Positions 32,589 through 44,351 are shown, counted from the first letter of the stretch. The stretch: 64,000 nt of DNA from an uncultured Chloroflexia bacterium (GCA_963833225.1 CAWHXD010000007.1:128001-192000), one strand, 5' to 3'. The notes: a model not told the origin generated them from the sequence alone. A program made the numbers and translations.

Positions 32589-35500
32589 CTAGGGGCCAAC
32601 GGTGATCGTGGGGCTCGTTCCGGTGATGCTGCTCGTCAGCGTGTCCGTGGCGGTGAACGTCCATGACCCGGCCGAAGCCGTCACACCACCGGCGAATGTC
32701 CTGATGCCGCCGTCGCCGGACACAAACGCGTAGTCCACGGGGAGGATCGCCGAGACGTCGTCACTGGTGAAATGAATGGTGCCGGTGTAGCCGGTGGCCA
32801 CGTTGCCGTAGGCGTCGAGTGCCGTCACCGTGACGTCGAACGGGCTGCCGGCCGTCTGCGGCGAGGTCGCGCTGACCTCGAGCGTCGCTGCCGAACCCGG
32901 GGTGATCGTGCCGGTTGACACGGGCTCCCACGTGATCGCGTAGCTCGCGGTGACGTCCGTGACGCCGTGCGCCACGGTCCCTGAGGGCGTCAGGGTCTTG
33001 CCGGTCCCTGCGGTCTCGGTGTCGAACACCTCGATGAAGCTGGGGGTGTCTCCCGCGGCAAGGCTGCCTGCCGTGATCGTCGGCGTGGCGCTCGACGAGG
33101 TCGTGCCGTCGGCGATCTTGCTGTCGGTCACGGCCGTGACCGTGATCGCGAGGGCCGCCACCGCATCGGCGACCGTCCCGGAGTCGTTGTTGTAGTTGCC
33201 CGAGACGTCGGTGAACGTCCAGGGATCGGTGCCGTAGGTCCCGGCGGCGGTGTGGGTCGTGCCCGACAGGTCCGGGGCCGCGAGCGTCTCGCCCTCCACG
33301 CCGAGGCAGCTGCCGGTGGCCGTGTGGGGGCTGCCGTCGTAGGTGACGTCGTAGCCGGTGATCGTGCACGACGGGTCGGCCCTGGTGATGTTCGCGGTGG
33401 TGGTGTTGGTGGCGGTGATCGTGTAGTTGGCGTTGTCGGCACCCGCGAGGGTGAAGCCCGTGCCGGTGACCGTCTTGCCGGTGGCGCACGCCCGCGTTCG
33501 CGAACGACGCCGTGGCCGAGGCAGACGAGCAGGTCACCGTGTCACCGGCCTCGATGACCGCGACCGAGCAGCCGGTGATCGTGGCGTCCGTGGTGGCGTC
33601 GTACGCCCTGTTGCCGGCCGTGAACGAGATCGTGACCGGCTTCTGGGCGACCGTGAACGACCGGTCGACCGGGGTGGCCGCGGCGTAGTTGGTGTTGCCG
33701 TCCTGGGTGGCCTGGACGGTGCAGGTGCCGGCAGCCAGGATCGTGACCGTGGTCCCGGTCACGTCGCACACGAGGGGCGTCTGGGAGCTGAAGCTGACCG
33801 TCAGGCCGCTGGTCGCGGTCGCCGAGACCGTGAACGGCACATCGCCGTAGGTCTTGTCGCCGAGCGTGCCAAAGCTGATCGTCTGGCTCGCGGCCGAGAT
33901 GGTGAACGAGCGGGTCACCTCGGGTGCCGGGTTCCAGTTGCTGTTGCCAGCCTGGTTCGCGGCCAGGACGCACGACCCCGCGGCGTCGAAGTTGACGGTC
34001 GTGCCGCCGGTGACCGAACAGGCGCTGTTGGTGGTGGCCGGATCCACGGTGATGACGACCGTCAGGCCGCTGGTCGCGGTCGCGGTCTGGGTGTCGCTGC
34101 CACCCACAGCCGCGCTGCCCGGCGCCGACCCGTCGAAGGAGATCGTCTGGGCGGCCTGGGCCACCGCCAGGTTGCCCGCGACGTAGCTGAACGCGTAGTT
34201 GTCGTCCACGCCCCCGGAGCAGGTGATGGGCCAGTTGCCCGCCCCGCCGGTGAACGTCGCGGCGTCGCAGGTGGGCGGGGTGCCGATGACCGTGGCGGTC
34301 TCGCCGCCCACGAACCCGCTGTAGCCGAACGTGTAGGCAGGTTCCGCGTCACCGTACGTGATCGACTTGTCGGCGGCGGTCACGGTCAGCGTGGCCTTGG
34401 TGATGTTCGCGGTGGTGGTGTTGGTGGCGGTGATCGTGTAGTTGGCGTTGTCGGCACCCGCGAGGGTGAAGCCCGTGCCGGTGACGCGTCTTGCCGGTGC
34501 CGACGCTCGCGTTCGCGAACGACGCCGTGGCCGAGGCAGACGAGCAGGTCACCGTGTCACCGGCCTCGATGACCGCGACCGAGCAGCCGGTGATCGTGGC
34601 GTCCGTGGTGGCGTCGTACGCCCTGTTGCCGGCCGTGAACGAGATCGTGACCGGCTTCTGGGCGACCGTGAACGACCGGTCGACCGGGGTGGCCGCGGCG
34701 TAGTTGGTGTTGCCGTCCTGGGTGGCCCGGACGGTGCAGGAGCCCGCGGTCAGGATCGTGACCGTGGTCGCCGGTCACGAGCACACGAGGGGCGTCTGGG
34801 AGCTGAAGCTGACCGTCAGGCCGCTGGTCGCGGTCGCCGAGACCGTGAACGGCACATCGCCGTAGGTCTTGTCGGCCGGGCCGCCAAAGCTGATCGTCTG
34901 GGCCGCGGCCGAGATGGTATCGGCGACCGTCCCGGAGTCGTTGTTGTAGTTGCCCGAGACGTCGGTGAACGTCCAGGGATCGGTGCCGTAGGTCCCGGCG
35001 GCGGTGTGGGTCGTGCCCGACAGGTCCGGGGCCGCGAGCGTCTCGCCCTCCACGCCGAGGCAGCTGCCGGTGGCCGTGTGGGGGCTGCCGTCGTAGGTGA
35101 CGTCGTAGCCGGTGATCGTGCACGACGGGTCGGCCCTGGTGATGTTCGCGGTGGTGGTGTTGGTGGCGGTGATCGTGTAGTTGGCGTTGTCGGCACCCGC
35201 GAGGGTGAAGCCCGTGCCGGTGACCGTCTTGCCGGTGGCCACGTCCGCGTTCGCGAACGACGCCGTGGCCGAGGCAGACGAGCAGGTCACCGTGTCACCG
35301 GCCTCGATGACCGCGACCGAGCAGCCGGTGATCGTGGCGTCCGTGGTGGCGTCGTACGCCCTGTTGCCGGCCGTGAACGAGATCGTGACCGGCTTCTGGG
35401 CGACCGCCAGGTTGCCCGCGACGTAGCTGAACGCGTAGTTGTCGTCCACGCCCCCGGAGCAGGTGATGGGCCAGTCGCCCGCCCCGCCGGTGAACGTCGC

Positions 35501-38003
35501 GGCGTCGCAGGTGGGCGGGGTGTCGACGACCGATGGCGGTCTCGCCGCCCACGAACCCGCTGTAGCCGAACGTGTAGGCAGGCTCCGCGTCACCGTACGT
35601 GATCGACTTGTCGGCGGCGGTCACCGTCAGGGTGGCCTTGGTGATGTTCGCGGTGGTGGTTGGCTGGGTGATGGTGTAGCTCCCGGCCTTGGTGCCGATG
35701 AGGGTGAGACCGCTCACGATGACGGTCTTGCCGGCGCCCACGTTGGCGTCCGGCGTGAACGTGCCCGTCGCCGCCGCGGTGCCCAGCGCCACGTCATCGG
35801 TCCCGACCACGCCGACCAGCGATGCGGAGCCGAAGCCAAGCGACGCCGCCGTGAGGCCGTTGTAGACCTTGTTGGATGCCGTGACGCCCGCAACCGTGAG
35901 GCCCTTCTTGGCAACCGTGATCGTCTGCGGCACATCGGGCGCCGGGGCATATGTCGGGTCACCAGCCTGGCGCGCTGTCACGGTGCAATCGCCCGCGGCC
36001 TTGTAGGTGAGGGTGGATCCGGCGACCGTGCACACGGACGCCGTCTCTGAGGAGAAGGACACCGAAAGGCCGCTGCTTGCGACTGCGGACAGCGTCACCG
36101 GGGAGGCGCCGTAGGTGACGTTGGCGACGGGGTCGAAGGTGATGGTCTGAGGGGTGACGCCGGTGGAGGCAACACTGAACGCCTGGTTGGCGGTCGTTGC
36201 CGGATTCCAGTTGCTGTCGCCGGGCTGATCGGCATCGAGCTGGCAGTTGCCGGATCCCGGGAACGAGACGACGCTGCCGCTGATCGTGCACACAGCCGCG
36301 GATCCCGCGTCGACATCGATCGTCACCGGCAGGCCGCTGGTCGCGGTGGCTGACACCGTGTAGTCCGGTCCGTCCTTGACCCGGAAGCCGGGGGTCGTGG
36401 CGAACGTGATGTCCTGGTCGGCCTTGAGGATGTCCGCTGTCGTGGTGACGGGCTCGAGCACGTAGTTGCCCGCGGAGGCTCCGCTGAGCGCCAGGCCGGA
36501 GACCGTCACGGTCTTGCCCGTGCCGGCGTTCGCATCGCTGAAGGTGCCTGTCACTCCGCTGGTATCGAGAGTCACGTCGTCGCCCGCGAAGATCCCTGCG
36601 GGCTCGATGGTCGCGCCGCTCGCGTCGATCTGGGCCGTGGTGCCACCGGGCGCGTACACGCGGTCCTCGGCGGTGATCCCGGTGATGGTCAGCGGCGCGC
36701 CCGCGACGGTGACCGCCTGGGTGACAGTCCGAGCGTTCCAGGTCTCGTCGCCGAGCTGAGTGGCGGACACGGTGCAGGTGCCGGCACCATGGAAGCTCAC
36801 GCTGCCCGCGGTCAGTGCGCAGTTCGGCCAGGAGGACTCGGGGATCGAGAGGAGGACCGGTTGGCCCGCGGATGAGGTCGCCGCCACGCTGTAGTCCGGT
36901 CCGCGATAGGTGGCGTCGGTGGGCGCCGGTGTGTCAAACGTGACCGCCTGGTTCCTCTTGGCGGACATGGTCAGGATCGCGTCGAGATCCACGCGCGCCT
37001 TGGTGGTGGTCCGGATCTGGATCCGGTGGGTGGCGCTGGTGTCCCCCGGGATCGAGCCGACGTACAGCACGCGCCGGTAGGAGGTCTTCTTCTTCCGCTG
37101 GTTGACCGGCGAGGTGGTGACCCGCACCCCGTCAACGTAGACGTTGAACTTTCCTCGGTTCTTGGCCTTGGACGCGACGATCGCGAACTGGCGGACGCCG
37201 GTCACGGTGAGGGTCGCCTTGGCGCCCCTCTTGGTGACGGCCTTCTCTTTGCCGCCCGAGTACTTGCTCGAGGACGAGGTCTTCCAGCCCGAGGAGTACT
37301 TGATCGCCGAGCTCTTCTCCTGGAACTGCCGGATGCTCGTGGTCAGCGAATTTGCGGTGGCAGAGTCCTTGGTATCCGTGGTCTTCACTCGCCAGACGTA
37401 GCTCGTCGAGGTCTTGACGGACCGGGTGCTGGACGTCGCGGTGCTGTTGATGATCGGGGTCGAGGCGAAGGTCCCGCCGCCATTGGTGCTCTGGTAGACC
37501 TTGTAGCTCCTGAGGCTTGCCTGCTTGGCGAGCACGCCACACCAGGTGAGCTTCACGGAGACGGTCTTGCCGATCGTGCTGTTCCTCACGAACCGCGCCT
37601 GGGGCGTATCCGTCACCGGGGCGTCGGCGGGCTGGGCCACGTCGACGATGATCTGCCCGGTCTGGCTCGAGCTCGGCGGCGTCACGCCATCGGAGATCGT
37701 GTAGGTGAAGGCGTCGACGCCAGTGAGGCAGCCCCTGGGGTCGTACACGACGCTCCGCCCGTCGGTCCGGGCGGTCCCGTTGAGGGGTGTCCCGAGGGCG
37801 ATGATGGTGAGCGGCCTCGATTCCGTGGCTTCGCCCGGTTCATCGTTGGCCAGGGGCTCGATCACGGTGGGCCCGACGGGGTCCGCCGGGTCGACGATGT
37901 CACCGACGGGAATCGGGCCAGCCGCCAGCGTGATATCCGGGACGATCGCGCTCAGCGCGAGGACAGCCCCCAGGAACCCGATCAGACGCGCATGTCGTGT
38001 CAT
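32589..38003 (-). CDS. Giant (~1800 aa) secreted repeat protein with Ig-like, YDG and MBG-type domains (several frameshifts)
   Basis: Signal peptide MTRHARLIG...; cadherin/Big-like segment (LAND...DAFTYTISDG); basic beta domain; repeated (K/R)xYDG..A and GKTVTV..L.G..A.NY motifs. ORF pieces join across frame switches near 35530, 34770, 34487 and 33490. Confidence 0.85.
33165..35655 (-). repeat. Near-identical 220-270 bp coding modules in shuffled order
   Basis: Approximate positions: A 35401-35655 and 34163-34410; B 35137-35404, 34398-34667 and 33383-33653; C 34920-35137 and 33165-33383; D 34667-34912 and 33653-33900. Confidence 0.85.
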
Positions 38004-38104
38004 GGATACCAAACCCCCTGTGCACAGTGTCGCACCGGTTTGCGACACCGGACCAGCTAGCGTGCGCACGACGCAGGGTACTCCCGGTCCGTTCTCCGCT
38101 CCCG

Positions 38105-39058
38105 TCACAGATCAGCGATGCGCCGTGGCAACAGCCGCTCGCCGCGCCGCGGCGGCTTCATGCCGGCGAGCTCGAGCACGCGGATGACGCGCCCGCGCTG
38201 CCCACGGTACGGTTCCAGCAGCTCCTGCATCCGCTCGTCCGTGCCTCGTGGTTCGCCCGCGATGGCCCACGCGACCATGTTGGGGATGTGGAAGTCGCCC
38301 ACGCTGACCGCGTCCGGGTCGCCGAAGGCGCGAAGCCCCACCTCGGCGGCCGTCCACGGTCCGATCCCGGCGAACGCCCGCAGCGCTGCATATGCGGCGG
38401 CTCGTGCCGGATCGGTGGCTCCCGGTCCGGCCGCCGCCGCCCCGAGGCGCTCCAGCCGCTCCGCTTCCCGCGCGACGGCCCGCACCAGCTCGGCGCGCCG
38501 CCGTTCGAGCCCCATCGTGTGGAACGCGTGATAGGGAAGCCCGGCGAGGAGCGTGGGCGGCGGCGGGAGCCGCAGCCCGAAGCCCCCGGGCGCGTCCTGG
38601 CCGTACCGGGCGACAAGCGCACGATACGTCCGGCGCGCCTCGTCGCCGGTCACCTTCTGCTCGAGGATCGCTGGGACCAGCGCCTCGAGCACTCGCTCCG
38701 TGCGCCCGATCCGCAGCCCGCGGAGCCGCCGCACCGCGACCGACACGGCCTCGTCGCGAGGGACCAGCGCGGCGGGGTCGTCGTCGGCGCCCAGGAGGGC
38801 TCCCAGACGGGTAAGCGCCCAGTCGGAGCCAGGCCCCCACGCGCGCGCCCGCACGCCGAACTCGTGCTTCTCCACGAGGAGCGTGACCGCTCCGTCCGGT
38901 GTCCAGGAGGCCCGCCAGGCGCTGCCCGAGATCTCGAACCGGAGCGCCGGATCGCGAGCGCCGCGGGCGTGGATGCCGAGCGTCAGGCGAAGGTCCAGCG
39001 GGCCATCGATGGTCAGCCCGAGCTCGCGGTCGGGCGACGGAGCGGACCTGCCAGTCAT
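38105..39058 (-). CDS. DNA-3-methyladenine glycosylase II (AlkA/HhH-GPD family)
   Basis: ILEQKV; HhH motif GIGPWTAAEV...GDPDAVSVGD; LLEPYRGQRG. Confidence 0.88.
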   Translation of the reverse strand: MTGRSAPSPDRELGLTIDGPLDLRLTLGIHARGARDPALRFEISGSAWRASWTPDGAVTLLVEKHEFGVRARAWGPGSDWALTRLGALLGADDDPAALVPRDEAVSVAVRRLRGLRIGRTERVLEALVPAILEQKVTGDEARRTYRALVARYGQDAPGGFGLRLPPPPTLLAGLPYHAFHTMGLERRRAELVRAVAREAERLERLGAAAAGPGATDPARAAAYAALRAFAGIGPWTAAEVGLRAFGDPDAVSVGDFHIPNMVAWAIAGEPRGTDERMQELLEPYRGQRGRVIRVLELAGMKPPRRGERLLPRRIADL

Positions 39059-39249
39059 GCATGGCAGCCTATCGCGCGTGGCTCGCTGGGAACGGCAGTC
39101 CTCAAAGGCCCGGGTTCATGTGCGTTTCCACATCGGCCTCTCACGAGACCACAAGGTCGGGGCGTTCACCATGAGACCGCGCCGACACTCGCCGGCAGCC
39201 AACGTTCGGAGGTTCAGGTGCTCCTGGTGTCACAAGTGTCGCGGCGGGC

Positions 39250-40482
39250 ATGCCGGTGAGCCGGCGTGACCGCCGCCAGCGCGCGGGCCGTCGAGATGCG
39301 TACGGGAGCGCCCAACCGCCGCCGCGCCCGACCTACCCCGTTCCCGATGAGCCCGGCCCCAGCCTCGGTGAGCGGCTGGCGGCTGCAGGACCCGCGGCGC
39401 TCGCCCTGCTGCCACTCCGGTTCTTCTTCGGCCTGACGTTCGTGTATGCGGGTCTCGACAAGCTCCTCGACCCGGCCTTCCTCGACGCGGCCGCACCCAG
39501 CTCGATCGTCGCGCAGCTCCAGGGGTTCACGCATGCGTCGCCGCTGGCGCCGCTCGTCCGCCTCGCCGAGCCGTTCGCCATTCCCCTGGGCCTGCTGATC
39601 GCCCTCGCGGAGATCGCGATCGGCCTGGGCACCCTCTCCGGCCTGGCGTTCCGTCTCGCCGCGGCGGGCGGCGCGGTGCTGTCGTTCCTGTTCTGGCTGA
39701 CCGCTTCGTGGACGACGACGCCCTTCTACTACGGGGCAGACCTGCCGTATGCGATGGGCTGGGTCACGCTGGCGATCGCCGGCACCGGCGGCCTGCTCGT
39801 CCCGACTGCGGTGAGTGAGCTGGGCCGTATCCCGCTCGACGCCTGGGATCGCGCACGCCTCTACCGGGCCGGTGGGGGCGCGGGAGCCGGCTTGCCCGAG
39901 GTGTCGCCCGAACGTCGCTTCATCCTGCAGGTGGGCGTGCTCGCCGGCCTGTCGCTTGCCGTCGCCTCGATGGCCGTCCCGCTGCGGCTGTTCCGCCGGG
40001 CGTCGACGACCGGCGAGGCGTCAGGCGAGGTCACCGGCGGCGGGGGCCCGCCCGCTGCCACGACCGGGAACGGCGCGGCCACTGGCAACGCGCCGACCGG
40101 CGCACCCGCCGCGCCCGGTGCCACGGCGCCCGCCTTCGCGCCGGCAGGGCTCACCGTCGCCTCGATCGCGACCGTCGACCAGCAGGGGGCGATCCGGATC
40201 CGCATCCCCGCGGACGCCCCGTCGCCGCTGCCGGCCGGGGACCCCGGGATCATCGTCCGCCTCCAGGACGGCTCATACGCGTGCTATGACGCGGTCTGCA
40301 CCCACGAGGGCTGCCGCGTCGGCTGGGACGCCCAGGACGCGGTGATGCTGTGCCCATGCCACGGCGCGGCATTCGACCCCAACGACCACGGGGCGGTCCT
40401 CGCCGGCCCCACCCGCCGGCCGTTGCCCGAGCTGCCGATCGTGATCGACAAGCAGGCGGGGACGATCACCCTCCGGGCCTGA
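39250..40482 (+). CDS. DoxX/DoxD-family membrane protein fused to a C-terminal Rieske [2Fe-2S] domain
   Basis: LPLRFFFGLTFVYAGLDKL and AEIAIGL (DoxX/DoxD); internal RR plus hydrophobic stretch; CTHEGC and CPCHGAAFD. Confidence 0.85.
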   Translation: MPVSRRDRRQRAGRRDAYGSAQPPPRPTYPVPDEPGPSLGERLAAAGPAALALLPLRFFFGLTFVYAGLDKLLDPAFLDAAAPSSIVAQLQGFTHASPLAPLVRLAEPFAIPLGLLIALAEIAIGLGTLSGLAFRLAAAGGAVLSFLFWLTASWTTTPFYYGADLPYAMGWVTLAIAGTGGLLVPTAVSELGRIPLDAWDRARLYRAGGGAGAGLPEVSPERRFILQVGVLAGLSLAVASMAVPLRLFRRASTTGEASGEVTGGGGPPAATTGNGAATGNAPTGAPAAPGATAPAFAPAGLTVASIATVDQQGAIRIRIPADAPSPLPAGDPGIIVRLQDGSYACYDAVCTHEGCRVGWDAQDAVMLCPCHGAAFDPNDHGAVLAGPTRRPLPELPIVIDKQAGTITLRA

Positions 40483-40488
40483 GCCCGA

Positions 40489-40923
40489 TCACCCTCCGGG
40501 CCTGAGGTGATCGACGATCGTCTCGAGGGCGGCCACGTACCCTCGCGGGCCCTGGCCCACCACGCTCGCGACCGCGATGTCGCGGAGGAAGTTCACGCTC
40601 CGGAAGGGTTCCCGGGCCGATGGATCGGAGAGGTGGACCTCGACGAAGGGTCGCGCGACCCCCAGCAGCGCGTCGCGCAGCGCCACGCTCGTGTGGGTGA
40701 GGCCGCCCGCGTTGACCACCGCGCCATCGAAGTCCCGCAGGTGTAGCCGATCCAGGATCCGCCCCTCGTGGTTGGACTGGAAGAAGTCCACATCCACGTC
40801 GAGCTCGGCGGCCCTGACCCGAACCCGATCGTGGATCTGGTCGAGCGTCTCGGAGCCATAGATCGACGGCTCCCGGGTTCCCACCAGGTTGAGATTCGGT
40901 CCGTCGATGATGAGGATGCGCAT
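40489..40923 (-). CDS. aroQ: Type II 3-dehydroquinate dehydratase
   Basis: GPNLNLVGTREPSIYG, QSNHEG, THTSVALRDA and EVHLS...REPFR. Confidence 0.95.
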   Translation of the reverse strand: MRILIIDGPNLNLVGTREPSIYGSETLDQIHDRVRVRAAELDVDVDFFQSNHEGRILDRLHLRDFDGAVVNAGGLTHTSVALRDALLGVARPFVEVHLSDPSAREPFRSVNFLRDIAVASVVGQGPRGYVAALETIVDHLRPGG

Positions 40924-40934
40924 CGAGCCCGACC

Positions 40935-42312
40935 CTACCTCATGGGCTCGAAGGTCGCCGTGAAGTGCCGCAGCTGGGCCGGCTGCTTCACGATCCGATA
41001 GCCCCGCAGCGACGAGGCCCGCAACGCGACGTCCCGGGCGACCTCGATCACGTAGTCGATGTGGCTCTGCGTGTAGGTGCGGCGCGGGATCGCCAGGCGC
41101 ACGAGGTCCATCGGCCCCGGTGTCTCAGTGCCATCGGGCTGCTTGCCAAACATCACCGTCCCGATCTCGCAGCCCCGGATGCCGCCCGCCCGATACAGCT
41201 CGACCGCGAGCGCCTGGCCCGGGTATTCGAGGGGCGGGACGTGCGGAAGGAGCGCCCGCGCGTCGAGGTAGACCGCGTGCCCTCCGAACGGCTGGACGCA
41301 TGGGATCCCGGCCTGGACCAGCGCATCGCCGAGGTATGCCGTCGACCGGATCCGGTACCGCAGGTAGTCCTCGTCCACGACCTCTCGGAGGCCCTGCGCG
41401 ATGGCCTCGAGATCTCGGCCGGCGAGGCCGCCGTAGGTTGGAAAGCCCTCGGTCAGGATCAGCAGGTTGCGGCACTGCTCCGCGAGCGCGTCATCATTGA
41501 TGGCCAGCCAGCCCCCGATGTTGACCAGCGCGTCCTTCTTTGCCGACATGGTCATCCCGTCCACCAGCGACCCGATCTCGCGGACGATGTCGATGACGGG
41601 CCGGTGCTCCTGGCCGGGCTCGCGGGTCTTGATGAACCACGCGTTCTCCGCGAACCGGCAGCCGTCGAGGAACAGCGGCTTGCCATAGCGGTCGCAGACG
41701 GCGCGCACGGCCCGCAGGTTCTCGAGGCTCACGGGTTGCCCGCCACCGGAGTTGTTGGTGATCGTCATCATCACCAGCGGGACCCGGTCGCCTCGTTCTG
41801 CCAGCAGCCGGTCCAGCGCCTCGACGTCCATGTTGCCCTTGAACGGGTGGATCAGCGACGGGCTGGCGCCCCTCGGGGATCACGAGGTCGACGGCCTCGG
41901 CACCGGTGAACTCCACGTTGGCGCGGGTGGTGTCGAAGTGCGTGTTGTTGGGGACGACCTTGCCGGCACCACCCACCGCCGTGAACAGGATCTTCTCGGC
42001 TGCGCGCCCCTGGTGCGTGGGAATGACGTGCCGGAACGGGAACAGGTTCTGGACCGCCTCCAGGAACACGTACCAGCTGGGACTGCCGGCGTAGCTCTCA
42101 TCGCCGTGCTGGATCGCCGCCCACTGGTCACGGCTCATCGCGCCGGTGCCGGAATCCGTGAGCAGGTCGACCAGGACATCTTCCGCGTGCAGGTTGAACA
42201 GGTTCCAGCCCGCGGCCTCGAGCGCCCGCTCACGCTCCTTCTCGGTCGTCAGCCGGATCGGCTCGACGGCGTGGATCCGGAATGGCTCGATGATGGTGGC
42301 CCAGCGGTCCAT
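40935..42312 (-). CDS. tnaA: Tryptophanase / tyrosine phenol-lyase family enzyme (frameshift near 41865)
   Basis: EPFRIHAVE, DLLTDSGT, GDESYAGS, HQGRAAE, HFDTTRAN, MSAKKD (PLP lysine) and QLRHFTA. Confidence 0.85.
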
Positions 42313-42677
42313 GGCGCCGAGGATACGCCGCGGAGGTGCGCCCTCGGGATGCCGTCGCCGACCCGGCGGAGTCCGTCGCCGGGGCCGCGCCGGTCTCCCG
42401 TCGAGGCCCCGGCGGCCGCGCGCCGGTCTCCCGACGCCCCAACGGTCGCGGCTCGGTAGGATCGGGCGTGGGGAGCCCCAACTCGCACGTGGAGTGACCT
42501 GTCAGGCGACGGACAGCGCTCCCGGCGCCCAGCTCAGCGCGGCGCGCGCTCGTTGGGGCGCCGGACGCCCGAGCCGGGGTGTCCCCGCGGCGCGCGCTCG
42601 AACGTCGGGAGCGGCCCGAGAACGGCGGACCTGGCGCTCGCTCGCCCCTCGACGCCCGGGGCAGTACGCTGCGCGCC

Positions 42678-43022
42678 ATGTGTCGCAGCATCCGCCAGCT
42701 CCGCCGGCCCGAGGATGCCGGCTCGGCCACCACCGGGGAAGCCCGGGCCGCCGCCCTCCAGTATGTCCGCAAGGTGAGCGGGTTCCGCGAGCCCTCGGCC
42801 CGCCACGGGGAAGCCTTCCACGAAGCGGTCGACGAGATCGCCGCCATCACGGAGCGCCTCCTGCTCGCGGTTGGAACGCCCGTCGCCGAAGGGCCCGACC
42901 CGTTTGCCGATCCCGTGACGCGGCGCGCGCTGATCGCCGCCAGGCCGCCCTCGAGGCGCGCGCCACGCCCGGTTGCGGCCCGCTCCCCGGCGACACCCGG
43001 CCCCGGGGACGGCACCGCATGA
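42678..43022 (+). CDS. DUF2277 family protein
   Basis: MCRSIRQL...AAALQYVRKVSGF..PS....EAF..AVDEI. Confidence 0.85.
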   Translation: MCRSIRQLRRPEDAGSATTGEARAAALQYVRKVSGFREPSARHGEAFHEAVDEIAAITERLLLAVGTPVAEGPDPFADPVTRRALIAARPPSRRAPRPVAARSPATPGPGDGTA

Positions 43023-44351
43023 CGAATCCCGGCCCGGCATCCCAGGCCGCCGGTGACGCCCCGCCGCCCGCCCGCGCTTCCGCCCGCTGCCGACGCCCCC
43101 CAGTCGACCGCCGCTCCTGCCTGGTGGCGCCGCCCCGGCCTCGACGTGGTCGCCGGCGCGCCTGTCGCTCAACGGCGCCGACCTCGAGGGCGCTCGTCCG
43201 CGAGCACGGCACGCCGCTCTTCGTCTACGACCTCGCCCGACCGCGCGAAACGGTCAGGGCCCTGCAGGCCGCGCTCGCCCGGACCGGCCTGCCGTCCGTG
43301 ACCCGGTTCGCCCTCAAGGCGTGCCCGGATCCCCAGATCCTGGCCGTGCTTCGCGCCATGGGCGCCCCGGGCACGCCGGAGAGCGTCGGCATCGACGCCT
43401 GCTCCCCGGGCGAGGTCACCCACGCCCTGGCCCATGGTTGGGAGCCCGAGGAGATCAGCCACACTGGGACCAACGTCTCCGAGCGCGACCTCGACGTCCT
43501 GCTCGCCCATCCGATCCGGATCAACCTCGATGCCGTCAGCCAGGTGGAGCGTGTGGGTCGCCGCGCGCCGGGACGCCACATCGGCCTCCGGATCAATCCG
43601 GGGACCGGCGCCGGCTACACGGAACACCTCTCCTATGCCGGCGAACGGCCCACCAAGTTCGGCATCACGGCCGACACGCTCGATGACGCGATCGCCGCGG
43701 CCCGTCGCCACGGGCTCGTCGTGGACACGCTCCACTTCCACGCGGGCTCCGGCTGGCTGGGCGACCAGCTGGACGGGTTCGAGCGCGCCCTCGTCGCCGC
43801 AACCGGGTTTCTCGACCGCCTTGCCGACGCCGGCACCACGATCACGGAGGTCAACGTGGGTGGCGGCCTCGGCCGCGTGCGCGCGAGATCGCGAGCAGCC
43901 GGTGAACCTCGACGCGTACGCGCAGGTCGTCGCGCGCCACCTCGGGCCATACGGGGTGACCATCGCTGTCGAGCCCGGGGACCTGATCATCAAGGATGCC
44001 GCCATCCTGATGGGCGAGGTGGTGACGGTGGAGCGGCGCGGCGGGACCACCTTCGTCGGCCTCGACATCGGCTGGAACGTGAACTGCGCCTACTTCGTCT
44101 ACCGCTACGCCCAGGAGATCCTCACCGTTCGCGACCCGCTGCGCGAGCGCACGCAGGTCGTCACCGTCGCCGGCCACATCAACGAGGCCGGCGACCTGTT
44201 CGCCGAGGACTACCCGTTTCCCGACGTGGCCGAGGGCGAGGTCGTGGCCATCCTCAACGCCGGCGGCTATCTCCAGGCGATGGCGATGACCCACTGCCTG
44301 AGGCCCACCGGCCGGGCGGTGTACCTCGACCGGCAGGCCGTGCTGCCGTGA
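43019..44351 (+). CDS. PLP-dependent fold III (diaminopimelate/ornithine-like) decarboxylase, atypical active site, frameshifted
   Basis: GTPLFVYD, FALKAC, DACSPGE, GLRINP, KFG, HFHAGSG and VNVGGG, then (frame switch near 43880) EPGD, AGHINEAGD and AGGY. Confidence 0.85.

Noticed and set aside
38004-38100. c-di-GMP riboswitch before the surface protein (GCAAACC on the minus strand)
   Set aside because: The GNRA-capped stem and second stem of the GEMM motif are missing.
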